Shown here one piece after another: positions 31,229 through 40,840 of a stretch of DNA of 64,000 nt. The position numbers were made by a program, and so were the translations under genes. The stretch is from Vulcanimicrobiota bacterium (GTDB taxonomy: Bacteria > Vulcanimicrobiota > Vulcanimicrobiia > Vulcanimicrobiales > Vulcanimicrobiaceae): positions 32,001 through 96,000 of the forward strand of contig OY970223.1 of the NCBI GenBank assembly GCA_963714015.1, in the 5' to 3' direction. Each line of letters begins with the position of its first letter. Position 1 is the first letter of the stretch. The notes beneath the pieces are model-generated. The model ran no database searches. It worked only from the letters and a program-made list of their open reading frames with translations, and was not told where the DNA came from.

Positions 31229-33976
31229 ATGGGTCCGTTGAGCAGTACGGTAACGTTCCTTTTTTCCGACATCGAGGGCAGCACGCGACGTTGGGAAGCC
31301 TATCCCGATGCGATGGCGCTTGCTTTGGCTCGCCACGATGTATTGATGCGGGATGCAATCGAGAAGCGCGGCGGCCACGTCTTCAAGACGGTTGGCGATG
31401 CATTCTGCGCTGCCTTTTCGCGCGCCGGCGATGCGGTTCACGCCGCTCTCGTGGCGCAACGCGATCTATCGAATGACGACTTCTCCTCGGTCGGCGACAT
31501 TCGCGTTCGAATGGCGCTCCATACGGGCGCGGCACACGAACGCGATCGTGATTACTTCGGACCGGCGGTAAACCGCGTCGCGCGCCTGTTGTCGATCGGC
31601 CACGGCGGACAAGTCTTATTATCGTCGTCAACAGTCGACTTGCTGAATGGCTCGTTGCCTGACGGAATCTCACTGCAGGAGCTCGGCGCACATCGTTTAC
31701 CGGATCTCGGCCAGCCGGAGCTCGTCTACCAACTCGTGGCGCCGGATTTGCCCGAAACCTTCCCGGCGCTCAAATCATTGGGCGGTAAGCCGAACAATCT
31801 TCCGCGTCAACTCACATCGTTCGTCGGACGCGACGATGAATTACACGATATCAAGCAGCTGTCCGCGCGGTCACCGCTGCTGACGCTCGTCGGTACCGGC
31901 GGTTCGGGAAAAACGCGCTGCGGCATTCAGGCAGGGGCCGAACTTCTCGACGAGATGCGCGACGGTGTCTGGATAGCCGAACTGGCGCCATTGACGGATG
32001 CGACGATGGTTTCGAGCGCAATCGCCGCGGCCCTCGGCGTTCGCGAGTCGCCAAATCAACCGCCGCTGCAGACGCTCACGCAATACTTGCAGCGAAAACA
32101 GCTGTTGCTGCTGCTCGACAATTGCGAGCACCTCATTGACGAGGCGCGAGTCATCGCTTCAACTATTCTGCGCGATTGTCCCGGCGTACGAATGGTGGCG
32201 ACCAGCCGCGAAGCGCTGAACGTCGCGGGTGAACGGGTCTATCGCATGCCCTCGCTCGGCTCGGCATCGGCTACGCAGCTGTTTATCGATCGTGCAGCCG
32301 CTCGCGATTCGCAATTTTCGCCGAACGAAAAGCAGCTGCCGTGCATTGCAGAAATCTGCCGGCGCCTCGACGGCTTGCCGCTTGCTATAGAACTCGCCGC
32401 CGCTCGCATCAATATTCTGACTCCGGAGCAACTCGTAAAGAAACTGGACGAACGCTTTCGCGTACTGACGGGGGGAGATCGGAGCGCGCTGCCCCGTCAT
32501 CAGACCATGCGCGCCGTAATCGATTGGAGCTACGAACTGCTCTCCGCGGAAGAACGTGCGGCGTTTCGCAAGCTCTCGGTTTTCGCCGGCACCTTCAATC
32601 TGAAGGCCGCGAGCGCAGTCTGCGGCGACGCGGATTTCGACGAAGTTGCCGTCCTTGACGCCGTCGGATCTCTGGTAGAAAAGTCGTTGGTGCAGGTCGT
32701 CGAGGGCGCCGGCGAAGTGCGCTACCATCTTTTGGAATCGACGCGGGAATATGCGCGTGAGAAGCTCCTCGCTTGCGGTGAATATGAAAGCGCCGCAGCG
32801 GCACATGCAGCGGCGTTTCTCGCACGCGCCTCGGAGTATGAATACCTTTTCGATACTTCCCCTACGACGTCATGGTACGCCGCGGCGAAAGATGACCTCG
32901 ACAATTGGCGCGCTGCATTGGAGTTTACGTTGGTAAACGGCAACGACGTGCTGATGGGGCAACGCCTGGCGGGTACGCTTCGACCGGTGTGGCTCGTGCA
33001 TGGCGCCGTCGAAGGCGGCCGGTGGGCGGCTGCCGCAGTCGCTAAAATTTCCGGCGAGACGCGCGGTGAAATTGCCGCCAAACTCTTTTTCTGCCAAGCG
33101 AGTTTGGAGTACAAGTCGCAGCGCTACGATGTGGCGCGGGTTTCGGCGGAGTTGGCGATCGAAGCGTATCGCCCGCTCGGAGACGACCTCAGACTGGCGT
33201 GGGCTCAAAACTGCGCGGCGTCCGCAACAATGTATACATCGCCGGCTCGTGCAGTAGAACTTGCACGTGCCGCAATTGAAACCGCAGGCGATGCCGCTCC
33301 GAAGCACATGAAGGGACAGTTTAGGCAGAGCCTCGGCATTGCATTGCAAGTACAAGGCGATGCGGCCTCGGCACGACGCGAGTATGAAGAGGCACGCGCC
33401 CTGTACGACGAAGCGGGATGGGAACGCAAATCCGCAACTCTCGCCGCTTCCCTCGCAGAACTGGAATTCTTTGAGGGGCGCATCGATAAGGCGCTGGAAT
33501 TCGCAAACGAATCCGTGGAAGGCTTTCTCAGATTCGACGCACACTTCGATTCCGCGCTGGCGTCGTCAAATTTGTCGGCGTACCTCGTGGCGCTCGACGA
33601 CTACGAAGCCGCTTTGGCAGTTGCCTGGAAAGCAATTGGAGTTCTGCGCGACCTTCAGGCGGCATTACCGATTGTGTTCGCGCTGCAGCACGTCGCAGCT
33701 GCGGCAGCGCTGATGCACCGGAATTCGAGCGACGCGACTGCAAGCGCACAGGCGGCGCGGCTCCTGGGGTTTGTGGATGCGCAATTTTCCGCTCATGACA
33801 TCGCTCGCCAATATACCGAACAGCAAGAATATGAAAGAGCCTTGCATGCGCTAAACGATTCTCTAGACGAAAAGGCGGTGGCCGCAGCCATGAGCGACGG
33901 AAGGACATGGAATCTGGAGAGCGCACTGAACACGGCGGAACAGTGGCTTTTGTGGTCGGCGCCGTCAAGGACGTAG
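31229..33976 (+). CDS. Class III adenylate/guanylate cyclase + NB-ARC/STAND ATPase + TPR-like protein
   Basis: TFLFSDIEGST, KTVGDAF, YFGPAVNRVARL; NNLPRQLTSFVGR, GTGGSGKT, LLLDNCEH, LDGLPLAIELAAAR. Confidence 0.92.
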   Translation: MGPLSSTVTFLFSDIEGSTRRWEAYPDAMALALARHDVLMRDAIEKRGGHVFKTVGDAFCAAFSRAGDAVHAALVAQRDLSNDDFSSVGDIRVRMALHTGAAHERDRDYFGPAVNRVARLLSIGHGGQVLLSSSTVDLLNGSLPDGISLQELGAHRLPDLGQPELVYQLVAPDLPETFPALKSLGGKPNNLPRQLTSFVGRDDELHDIKQLSARSPLLTLVGTGGSGKTRCGIQAGAELLDEMRDGVWIAELAPLTDATMVSSAIAAALGVRESPNQPPLQTLTQYLQRKQLLLLLDNCEHLIDEARVIASTILRDCPGVRMVATSREALNVAGERVYRMPSLGSASATQLFIDRAAARDSQFSPNEKQLPCIAEICRRLDGLPLAIELAAARINILTPEQLVKKLDERFRVLTGGDRSALPRHQTMRAVIDWSYELLSAEERAAFRKLSVFAGTFNLKAASAVCGDADFDEVAVLDAVGSLVEKSLVQVVEGAGEVRYHLLESTREYAREKLLACGEYESAAAAHAAAFLARASEYEYLFDTSPTTSWYAAAKDDLDNWRAALEFTLVNGNDVLMGQRLAGTLRPVWLVHGAVEGGRWAAAAVAKISGETRGEIAAKLFFCQASLEYKSQRYDVARVSAELAIEAYRPLGDDLRLAWAQNCAASATMYTSPARAVELARAAIETAGDAAPKHMKGQFRQSLGIALQVQGDAASARREYEEARALYDEAGWERKSATLAASLAELEFFEGRIDKALEFANESVEGFLRFDAHFDSALASSNLSAYLVALDDYEAALAVAWKAIGVLRDLQAALPIVFALQHVAAAAALMHRNSSDATASAQAARLLGFVDAQFSAHDIARQYTEQQEYERALHALNDSLDEKAVAAAMSDGRTWNLESALNTAEQWLLWSAPSRT

Positions 33977-33978
33977 TG

Positions 33979-34146
33979 ATGTCAAGTCAAACTACTACCA
34001 TCCTGTACATAGTGCTGATGGGAGCCGTTGTCGTCGCGGTCGACATTCTATTTTTCCGGAATCATTTCTGGGAACGGCTGATTGTGAATATAGGAATCGT
34101 TTTGGTATTCGCAGCCTTTTATCTGCGGTTCCTGAAACGTCCATAA
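33979..34146 (+). CDS. Small two-TM hypothetical protein
   Basis: Two hydrophobic helices; VDILFFRNHFWERLIVNIG. Confidence 0.6.
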   Translation: MSSQTTTILYIVLMGAVVVAVDILFFRNHFWERLIVNIGIVLVFAAFYLRFLKRP

Positions 34147-34207
34147 TTCTTTATCCGGCCCATCCGATGAGACACGACGGAGAATGGCCTGTGCGGCTAG
34201 GCGCCTG

Positions 34208-34846
34208 TTAAGGTTGCCTCGGCGGCGTTTCCCATTTCTGCCGGAAGATCGTTTCGCGTAAGTCCGACAAGAGAGCGAAGAACGCTTTGCCTTGAGCGTC
34301 GTCAAGATTGAGTTCTTGTGAGGACGTGACGGAACTAAGCGTTGTGGTTACGCCGCAACGGCTGACTGTAACCGAGTCTTCGGGTCCGTCGAGATACAAC
34401 GATGCTGCCGGCCGCAGCCGCATTGCAAAAGAGCGGTCTCTTTCTAGTGCCTGCACGACGTTCTTGAACGAATCGAGTGGTTTCGTGGAAACAAACGACC
34501 CTATGATCCCAACCGCGCGATGTGCATTTAACGATACGTTGGCATGGTGCCCGGCGATGTAATACGCCGCCTCATACGTGTACCATGGGTGCTGCTGACC
34601 GACCAATGCGTACTGAGAGACTTTGATATATGTAATATCTTCATAGGCCGGCGGGGCAGCCGTATCACAAGACGCGCGCGCCGCTAACGGACAGACCACG
34701 ATAGCTGCTGCAATGAAAAGGCAGCGTACTTGACAAAAACGTGCAGATCCGCGCACGGCGTGACGGCAGCACGTAAGATAACGGGAACGGCTGCGGCCTG
34801 CGTAATTCTTGCCGATTGAGTGTCGGAGCTTCGAGCGGCATTTCAT
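34208..34846 (-). CDS. Hypothetical secreted protein (true start likely near 34730)
   Basis: Signal-like LFIAAAIVVCPLAARA then globular region. Confidence 0.5.
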   Translation of the reverse strand: MKCRSKLRHSIGKNYAGRSRSRYLTCCRHAVRGSARFCQVRCLFIAAAIVVCPLAARASCDTAAPPAYEDITYIKVSQYALVGQQHPWYTYEAAYYIAGHHANVSLNAHRAVGIIGSFVSTKPLDSFKNVVQALERDRSFAMRLRPAASLYLDGPEDSVTVSRCGVTTTLSSVTSSQELNLDDAQGKAFFALLSDLRETIFRQKWETPPRQP

Positions 34847-35463
34847 TCGATATTCGCTGCCGCTGCAATCAGTGCATGGGACGCGGCGAGCAGGACAGGC
34901 ACGGCTTCCTCGGCGGCAATCACCTGCGAGCTGACAAAGGCGCCATTTATCAGCAGCAGCAATTGTGCGGCGAGATGGTCGGGACGGCGCACGCCCAACC
35001 GATCCGCAATTCCTTTTAGCCTGCTACGAAGTTCTTGCTTGTGAGAAACAGCGACGACGCGTGCGGGATGATCTCCCTCCGGAAACTCCGCAGCCATATT
35101 CAACTGCGGACAGCCCCGATAGTTTTTCCGGGCGACGCGCTCTCCAATCCATTGCATGTGCGCGTCGAGTTCAGCATGTGCGTCGGAGCGATGGCGCTCG
35201 GCGACGTTATCCCATTGCTGCCAAAACTGTTCGTCTTCTCGCTCGAGAAAAGCCGCGATCAGATCGTCCTTGGTTCGGAAATGCCGATAAAGGCTTGTCT
35301 TGGCTACGCCGGCTCGCTCGACGACGAGGTCCACGCCCACGGCGCGAGCGCCCTCACGGTAAAACAGTTCCGACGCCGTTCTCAGGATGCGCTCCCTTAC
35401 CTGGTCGGCCACGCCCGCTTCGGGCTCGTGGACCTTCCTTATACGACTTGCCATGCTTGACAT
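34843..35463 (-). CDS. TetR family regulator
   Basis: RERILRTASELFYREG..AVGVD.V...AGVAKTSLYRHF.TKDDLI; RGCP. Confidence 0.92.
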   Translation of the reverse strand: MSSMASRIRKVHEPEAGVADQVRERILRTASELFYREGARAVGVDLVVERAGVAKTSLYRHFRTKDDLIAAFLEREDEQFWQQWDNVAERHRSDAHAELDAHMQWIGERVARKNYRGCPQLNMAAEFPEGDHPARVVAVSHKQELRSRLKGIADRLGVRRPDHLAAQLLLLINGAFVSSQVIAAEEAVPVLLAASHALIAAAANIE

Positions 35464-35466
35464 AAT

Positions 35467-35509
35467 ACAGACCTGTCTGTTTTAATGCAACAATACGTAC
35501 CGGTCTGTA
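35467..35509. promoter_or_regulatory. Putative TetR operator pair
   Basis: ACAGAC-CT-GTCTGT palindrome and related ACGTAC-CG-GTCTGT in the 59-bp divergent gap. Confidence 0.6.
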
Positions 35510-35522
35510 CTGGAGAGCATCT

Positions 35523-36551
35523 ATGAAAATCGCGGTCTATGGAGCATCGGGCCACACGGCGCGCTTCGTCCTGGCGGAGTTGCTCCGGCGCGGCCACACG
35601 CCCATCGCAATCGGAAGGGACGAATCTAAAGTGACCGCGGCGGTTGCCACTCACGATGTGAAGATAGAGACCAGGATTGCCGGTCTCGACTCAGCGGAAT
35701 CACTCGATCGCGCGCTGTGGGGCGTCGATGCGGTCATCCACTGCGCAGGCCCCTTTCTCGATACGGCTCGGCCGGTTATAGAAGCCGCTCTGCGCAGCCG
35801 AGTGCATTACTTCGATCTCACTGCGGAACAGGGGAGTGCTTCTTCGACGTTCGAGCTCTTCGATGCGCCGGCACGCAAGCGCGGCGTTTTCGTGGTTCCC
35901 GCGGCCGGGTTTTATGGCGGCCTGGGCGATCTCTTGGCGACCCACGCGATGAGCGGCTGGGCACGGGCAGACCGGATCGACATTGCCATCGCGCTCGACA
36001 GCTGGTGGCCCACACGCGGCACTCGCCACACTGGGCACAGAAATACCGCACCGCGACTCATTGTTTCGGATGGGAACCTTCAACAAATGCAGCCGTCTAC
36101 GCCTGCGCCATGGAGTTTTCCTCAACCATTCGGAACGCAACAGGTCATCGAGCTGCCGTTCACCGAGACGATCCTTATGGCGCGCCACTTGCATGTACGC
36201 GAGATTCGCAACTACATGAATCAAGCTCCCCTTCGCGACCTTCGGGATCCCTCAACGCCTGCACCCGTCGCAGCGGATGAGCGTGGCCGCTCGAACCAAC
36301 GCTTTCTTATCGACGTCACGGTTCGGAATGCCGACGAAGAGCACCGCGTTACGGCGCAAGGGCGCGACATTTACGCCATCACGGCTCCAATCGTAGTCGA
36401 GGCCGTCGAGCGCATTTGTGAAAATCCGCACCAGAGTGCGGGGGCTTACGCACTTGGTCAACTCGTTGACGCATCCGAGTTCATTCAAACGTTGATACGC
36501 ATGGAAGAACTGGTCGTTGCGACGGATCGCAAAACGAAGGTCTCCTCTTGA
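35523..36551 (+). CDS. Saccharopine dehydrogenase-like NAD(P)-binding oxidoreductase
   Basis: IAVYGASGHT; VIHCAGPF; HYFDLTAEQ; GFYGGLGD. Confidence 0.85.
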   Translation: MKIAVYGASGHTARFVLAELLRRGHTPIAIGRDESKVTAAVATHDVKIETRIAGLDSAESLDRALWGVDAVIHCAGPFLDTARPVIEAALRSRVHYFDLTAEQGSASSTFELFDAPARKRGVFVVPAAGFYGGLGDLLATHAMSGWARADRIDIAIALDSWWPTRGTRHTGHRNTAPRLIVSDGNLQQMQPSTPAPWSFPQPFGTQQVIELPFTETILMARHLHVREIRNYMNQAPLRDLRDPSTPAPVAADERGRSNQRFLIDVTVRNADEEHRVTAQGRDIYAITAPIVVEAVERICENPHQSAGAYALGQLVDASEFIQTLIRMEELVVATDRKTKVSS

Positions 36552-36830
36552 CCGAGCATGATGGTTCACAAGTCAGGCCGGCTCGCAAATCATCGCTATT
36601 AGCGGGGTGCGGAATTAACCGGCTTCGTCATCTCTGGTCCCAAGTGCGATCGCATGCACTATCTGCCGGAAAAGATCGAAGCGCTCGCACTTCTCCCGTA
36701 TCGCGCCGCAGCGCATACGCGCTGCTTACGTTGACGTCACCATTACAGACGCTGCCAAGCGCGTAAATATTTGCCTCTTCGCAAGATTTGGTCGTGCAGG
36801 ACGTTTGCGTAAGGCCGCTAAGAGCGTCTT

Positions 36831-38351
36831 ATGAACGCCGGCGATGCGCTTCCGAGCCGTGCGCGTCCGTTTAATACTGCGAGTCAATGGAGACTCGCTG
36901 CGGTGGTATGCGCTCTTGGCGGGTGCCTTGTGTGGCTGTTCTATGCGGCGGTCGCATCGCGCAGCGAGACGCTGTTCTGGTACGATTGGCTGCGTGTCGG
37001 TGGCCAGTTCTGGACGCTCGGGTTCGGCTTGCTACTTGCCTGGCGCCGGCCGGAATCGTATACCGTTCGGTTACTCTCGGCGGCTTTGCTATTCTATTCG
37101 CTCTTCGATGGTATTCTCGTCGTCGGCGAAGCCGTGCCCGGCGCCCGAGCTCACGGCAGCCTTATTGTTACCCTCGGGGAATTCGGTATCGCCATCAGCT
37201 CATGCCTAGTTATGGCGCAGTTCGCATCGCAGTTTGCGCTGCCCCTCAACGGGCTACGTCGCTGGTCGCTCATACTCGTTTACGCCGCCATCGTGGGCAC
37301 CGTGCTGGCCGCCGGGCTCATGCCGTTTGTTGCGGGTAGCAAATGGCTTTACGCTTTTACCGATCTCGGCCACTACGCGGTGCCGCGGTTTGCCGTACTG
37401 CTCTGTGGGATCCTCGCGATTGCAGCATCGCAGAACGAAGAACGCCAGCGTGTGGGATGGCCATTCGCATCGTTCGGAGTGCTCTACGTGGCATCGATCG
37501 GCGGATTCATCGGCGCGTTGCCCCAGGCCGTTTTCGACGCACTCGTGCGCTTAGCAATCTTCGTCATACCGATCGGCATCACGTATTCCGCGCTGAGCCG
37601 CCGGCTGTATGACGTGGGGTTCATCATCAACCGCGCCGTGGCGTTTTCGACCATTTCCGGCATCGTCATCGGGTCGTTCGTCTTGTTGGAGTGGGCGCTC
37701 GGAAAGTGGTTCGATCAGGCCGGTCGCGAGGCCGGCCTCGCCGCAAATGTTGCGCTTGCGCTCGCGTTCGGCCTCTCGCTACGCTTAATACACCGGCGAG
37801 TCGATCGTTTCGTGGACACGGTGTTTTTTAAAAAGCGTAATGAGGACGTCTCCGCGCTCAAGCGATTCGCGCAAGAAGCCGCGTTTATTACAGATCGTAA
37901 GACTCTTCTGCAGAGAACGCACGCGCAGGTGTTGGAACATTCCGAGGCGTCAAGCGTCTCGATAACGATGCTGGACGGGACCGGAGCAACCGATCCGAAC
38001 GACCCGGCGATCCTCGCGATGCGCACATGGCATGACGCCCTCGAACTGCATCGTTACCATACGGCTCTTGGCGGAGAATATGCTTTCCCCGTGTTTGGGC
38101 GTGGCTCGCTGCTCGGTGTGCTCATGTGCGGCGCGAAAAGGAGCGGTGAGGCCTTTGCACCGGATGAAATTGACGCACTTAAGGCGGTCGCGTACGGGGT
38201 GGGCGTGGCACTTGGCGCTCTCAAAGGCGCGGTCAGCGACCCGATGGAATCGATGCTAGCCGCTTTCGCGTCGCTCCGAAACGACGTCATGACTCGCTTG
38301 GATGCGCTCGTCGGCCAAGGGCGTACGCTCTCAGACGAACCACCCGAATAA
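36831..38351 (+). CDS. Multi-TM + GAF-like membrane protein (paralog 1)
   Basis: About 10 TM; RRLYDVGFIINRAVAF; HRRVDRFVDTVFFKKR; GAKRSGEAFAPDE. Confidence 0.8.
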   Translation: MNAGDALPSRARPFNTASQWRLAAVVCALGGCLVWLFYAAVASRSETLFWYDWLRVGGQFWTLGFGLLLAWRRPESYTVRLLSAALLFYSLFDGILVVGEAVPGARAHGSLIVTLGEFGIAISSCLVMAQFASQFALPLNGLRRWSLILVYAAIVGTVLAAGLMPFVAGSKWLYAFTDLGHYAVPRFAVLLCGILAIAASQNEERQRVGWPFASFGVLYVASIGGFIGALPQAVFDALVRLAIFVIPIGITYSALSRRLYDVGFIINRAVAFSTISGIVIGSFVLLEWALGKWFDQAGREAGLAANVALALAFGLSLRLIHRRVDRFVDTVFFKKRNEDVSALKRFAQEAAFITDRKTLLQRTHAQVLEHSEASSVSITMLDGTGATDPNDPAILAMRTWHDALELHRYHTALGGEYAFPVFGRGSLLGVLMCGAKRSGEAFAPDEIDALKAVAYGVGVALGALKGAVSDPMESMLAAFASLRNDVMTRLDALVGQGRTLSDEPPE

Positions 38352-38483
38352 TGCACTGGCGCTTCGTTGTCCGGCATTTCGAAGCACGGCCTCTCGAGTG
38401 TACGCAGAGCGGACCGCGAAAACTCGCTGGATTCGGGCCATAACGACGTCGTGCCCAACAAATTCGAACGCCGCAATAGGATC

Positions 38484-39068
38484 GTGAAGACATCGCTGGC
38501 GTTAGCGGGAATCGTTGCCGTATTTTGCGCGTGCGCCAGCGGGGTGCGATCCTGGGAAGCGCGCTCCGATGGCGCGCACGTCGAAGCACGCTGTTGGAGC
38601 ATTGCGCGTGGTATGGATCGCAGCTTCCCGTGGGCGTACTTCAACGGTCCCGCATGGATGTACGTGTCCCAACGAACGATTACCGGCCGCTTACGGCTTG
38701 CGCCGGGCGAGAGGATACTCGGAGCGCAGCGTGAGTCCATGGCTCTGTTCTCACGGTTTTTAAATAGAAGGCCGATTTACAGTCCTTGCACGATTCTGCC
38801 GGCGCACCAGGTGTGGGTTGTAACCATACGTTTTTCGCGGCCACGTCAATTCATTTCCGCGCGATTCGCGCACGGAATCGCGACCTATGCGTACGACGCT
38901 ATCACGGGGAATTCGATCCTAGGCGTCATCAGGGGAAAATTCATTTCGGGACCGCCGTTTTTCGGCAAAGGCCGCTTGAGGAAGCCGAGTGAACCCGCGC
39001 CGTTAAGTTTCGGCCGTATTTTCGGTACCGGCATTGCAAGCAATTTTAAAAAAGCGAGCTTGCCGTAG
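38484..39068 (+). CDS. Hypothetical secreted/lipoprotein
   Basis: GTG start with signal-like KTSLALAGIVAVFCAC. Confidence 0.45.
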   Translation: MKTSLALAGIVAVFCACASGVRSWEARSDGAHVEARCWSIARGMDRSFPWAYFNGPAWMYVSQRTITGRLRLAPGERILGAQRESMALFSRFLNRRPIYSPCTILPAHQVWVVTIRFSRPRQFISARFAHGIATYAYDAITGNSILGVIRGKFISGPPFFGKGRLRKPSEPAPLSFGRIFGTGIASNFKKASLP

Positions 39069-39150
39069 ACGACAAGCCCGCTGACGAATATCCACGACGA
39101 TTTCTCGACGTTCGTGAATCGAGATCTATTACATATTTCCACTCAGTCAC

Positions 39151-39212
39151 GCGTCGTCTCGCCTTCAGGCGAACCTCATCCTAACTGGGGGCGTTTTGAT
39201 TTCACGCTAATT
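39151..39212 (+). repeat. Degenerate copy of the intergenic element
   Basis: GCGTCGTCTCGCCTTCAGGCGAACCTCATCCTAACT...ATTTCACGCTAATT aligns to GGCGTTGTCTCACCTTTTAGGNGAATTTCACCCTAACT. Confidence 0.6.
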
Positions 39213-40133
39213 GTGACTTAAGGCCATCATCGCGGGCGGCTGCTCATCTTCGCGAATCCGATCGAGATCGGAAATAAGGTCCGGTCCCGTTGGATCCCAT
39301 CCGAGCCGTTCTCTGGTCAAGGCGCTCGACGCCGGCAGATCCGCTGCGACAAGAGGCGCGAGCCACCCAAAATGCTCTGCCGCTTCTTTATCGGTAATGG
39401 ACTTCGCTGGGACACCGGTACGCCTGCCGATGGCTTCCGCGATGTCACGAAGTTTCACGCCTTCCTCGGCCACGGCGTGATAGCGTGTCCCGGCGTCTGC
39501 ATTTTTCTCCAACGCGAGGTCGGTAAAGATGCGCAACGTTTAAAACGTGTGCGGCCGGCCAGCGATTTGCGCCGTCACCTACAAAGGCAGAGACGCCTTT
39601 CTCTTTTGCCAACCCAATCAGCATCGAGATCAATCCATGTTTGAGCGGATTGTGCACCTGCGGAAGGCGTACGACCGAAACGCGTACGCCGTGAGCCGCA
39701 ACGGCGTCGGCTGCCTCTTCGGACGCATTGCGCGGGAATTGCGCACTGGACGCATGCGGATCGACTTCCGTTGCGCTTCGGCCCTGCGTCAACGTGCCGA
39801 TTCCAGAGGTGACTAAAAACGGACGATTCGAGCCCGCAGAGCTCCCGCGCCCATCGCCTCAATAGCGCGCCGATCGATCTCGCAATTTTCTTGAAACTTC
39901 GAAAACTCATGAATGAACGCGAGATGAATGACGCCGTCGGCTTTTGCAGCGCCGCTGCGCAAGCTTTCTACATCTTCAACCGAACCGCGATGCGCCTCAG
40001 CGCCGGCGGCTGCTAGCGCATCGACCGACGAATCAGAGCGCGCAAGTCCGATTACCTGGTGACCCGCGGCGATAAGTTCCGACGTGACCGGCACGCCGAT
40101 GAATCCGGACGCTCCGGTAATAAAAACACGCAT
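39207..40133 (-). pseudogene. NAD-dependent epimerase/dehydratase (extended SDR) split across three or more frames
   Basis: [13 protein letters not shown]... (39813-40133), ...VVRLPQVH...GDGANRWPAAHV (39445-39792), ...YHAVAEEGV...LGWDPTGP (39207-39536). Confidence 0.8.
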
Positions 40134-40152
40134 TGAAGATGCCTCCTGGTGG

Positions 40153-40206
40153 GGTGATGTCAGTTTCTGTCATCACCATGATACACCTGATGTCAACCAC
40201 TGTCAT
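40153..40206. promoter_or_regulatory. Putative TetR operator pair
   Basis: GGTGATG(T)CA-N5-TG(T)CATCACC imperfect palindrome plus second TGATGTCA-N4-CTGTCAT. Confidence 0.6.
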
Positions 40207-40220
40207 GACCTGCTATACTC

Positions 40221-40793
40221 GTGACTATGGGGAGATGGGAGCCGAATGCGCAAGGGCGCCTGATTGAGGCGGCGCTAGCACTCTATAGGGAGCGCGGGTT
40301 CGAGCAGACGACCGTTGCGGAAATCGCGAACCGGGCCGGACTCACCGAGCGCACATTTTTCCGGTACTTTGCGGACAAGCGGGAGGTGCTCTTTTTTGGA
40401 TCGGAGACGCTTCAAAGCGCTTTGATCGAAAGCCTCGAGCGAGCGCCTGCGGAGCTGCCGCCGATTGATGCCGTCGGCGTGGCGCTGCAAAGCATTTCGA
40501 CGTTTTTTGCAGATCGCCGCCCGCATTCATTGCGGCGCCAAGCGGTGATCGATGCAAATCCGGAGCTTCAAGAACGTGAGCGCAAAAAGCTCGCGTCGCT
40601 TGCTGTTGCGTTTGCAACCGCATTGCAGCAACGGGGCGCAAAAGCGTCAACCGCTACACTCGTTGCAGAAATGGGTGTCGCCGTTTTCAAGATTGCATTC
40701 GAGCGTTGGCTCAGCGATCCGGAAGAGCGCAACATCGCATACCATGTCGGCGAGTCGCTCGACGAACTGAAATCCGCAACCGCTGGACGCTAA
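40221..40793 (+). CDS. TetR family regulator
   Basis: MGRWEPNAQGRL..AAL.LY.ERGFEQTTVAEIA.RAGLTERTFFRYFADKREVLF. Confidence 0.92.
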   Translation: MTMGRWEPNAQGRLIEAALALYRERGFEQTTVAEIANRAGLTERTFFRYFADKREVLFFGSETLQSALIESLERAPAELPPIDAVGVALQSISTFFADRRPHSLRRQAVIDANPELQERERKKLASLAVAFATALQQRGAKASTATLVAEMGVAVFKIAFERWLSDPEERNIAYHVGESLDELKSATAGR

Positions 40794-40840
40794 GGTCGCT
40801 TTTCAAAGCCTTTCACTGTGTTCCTAAACTAAATCAAGCG

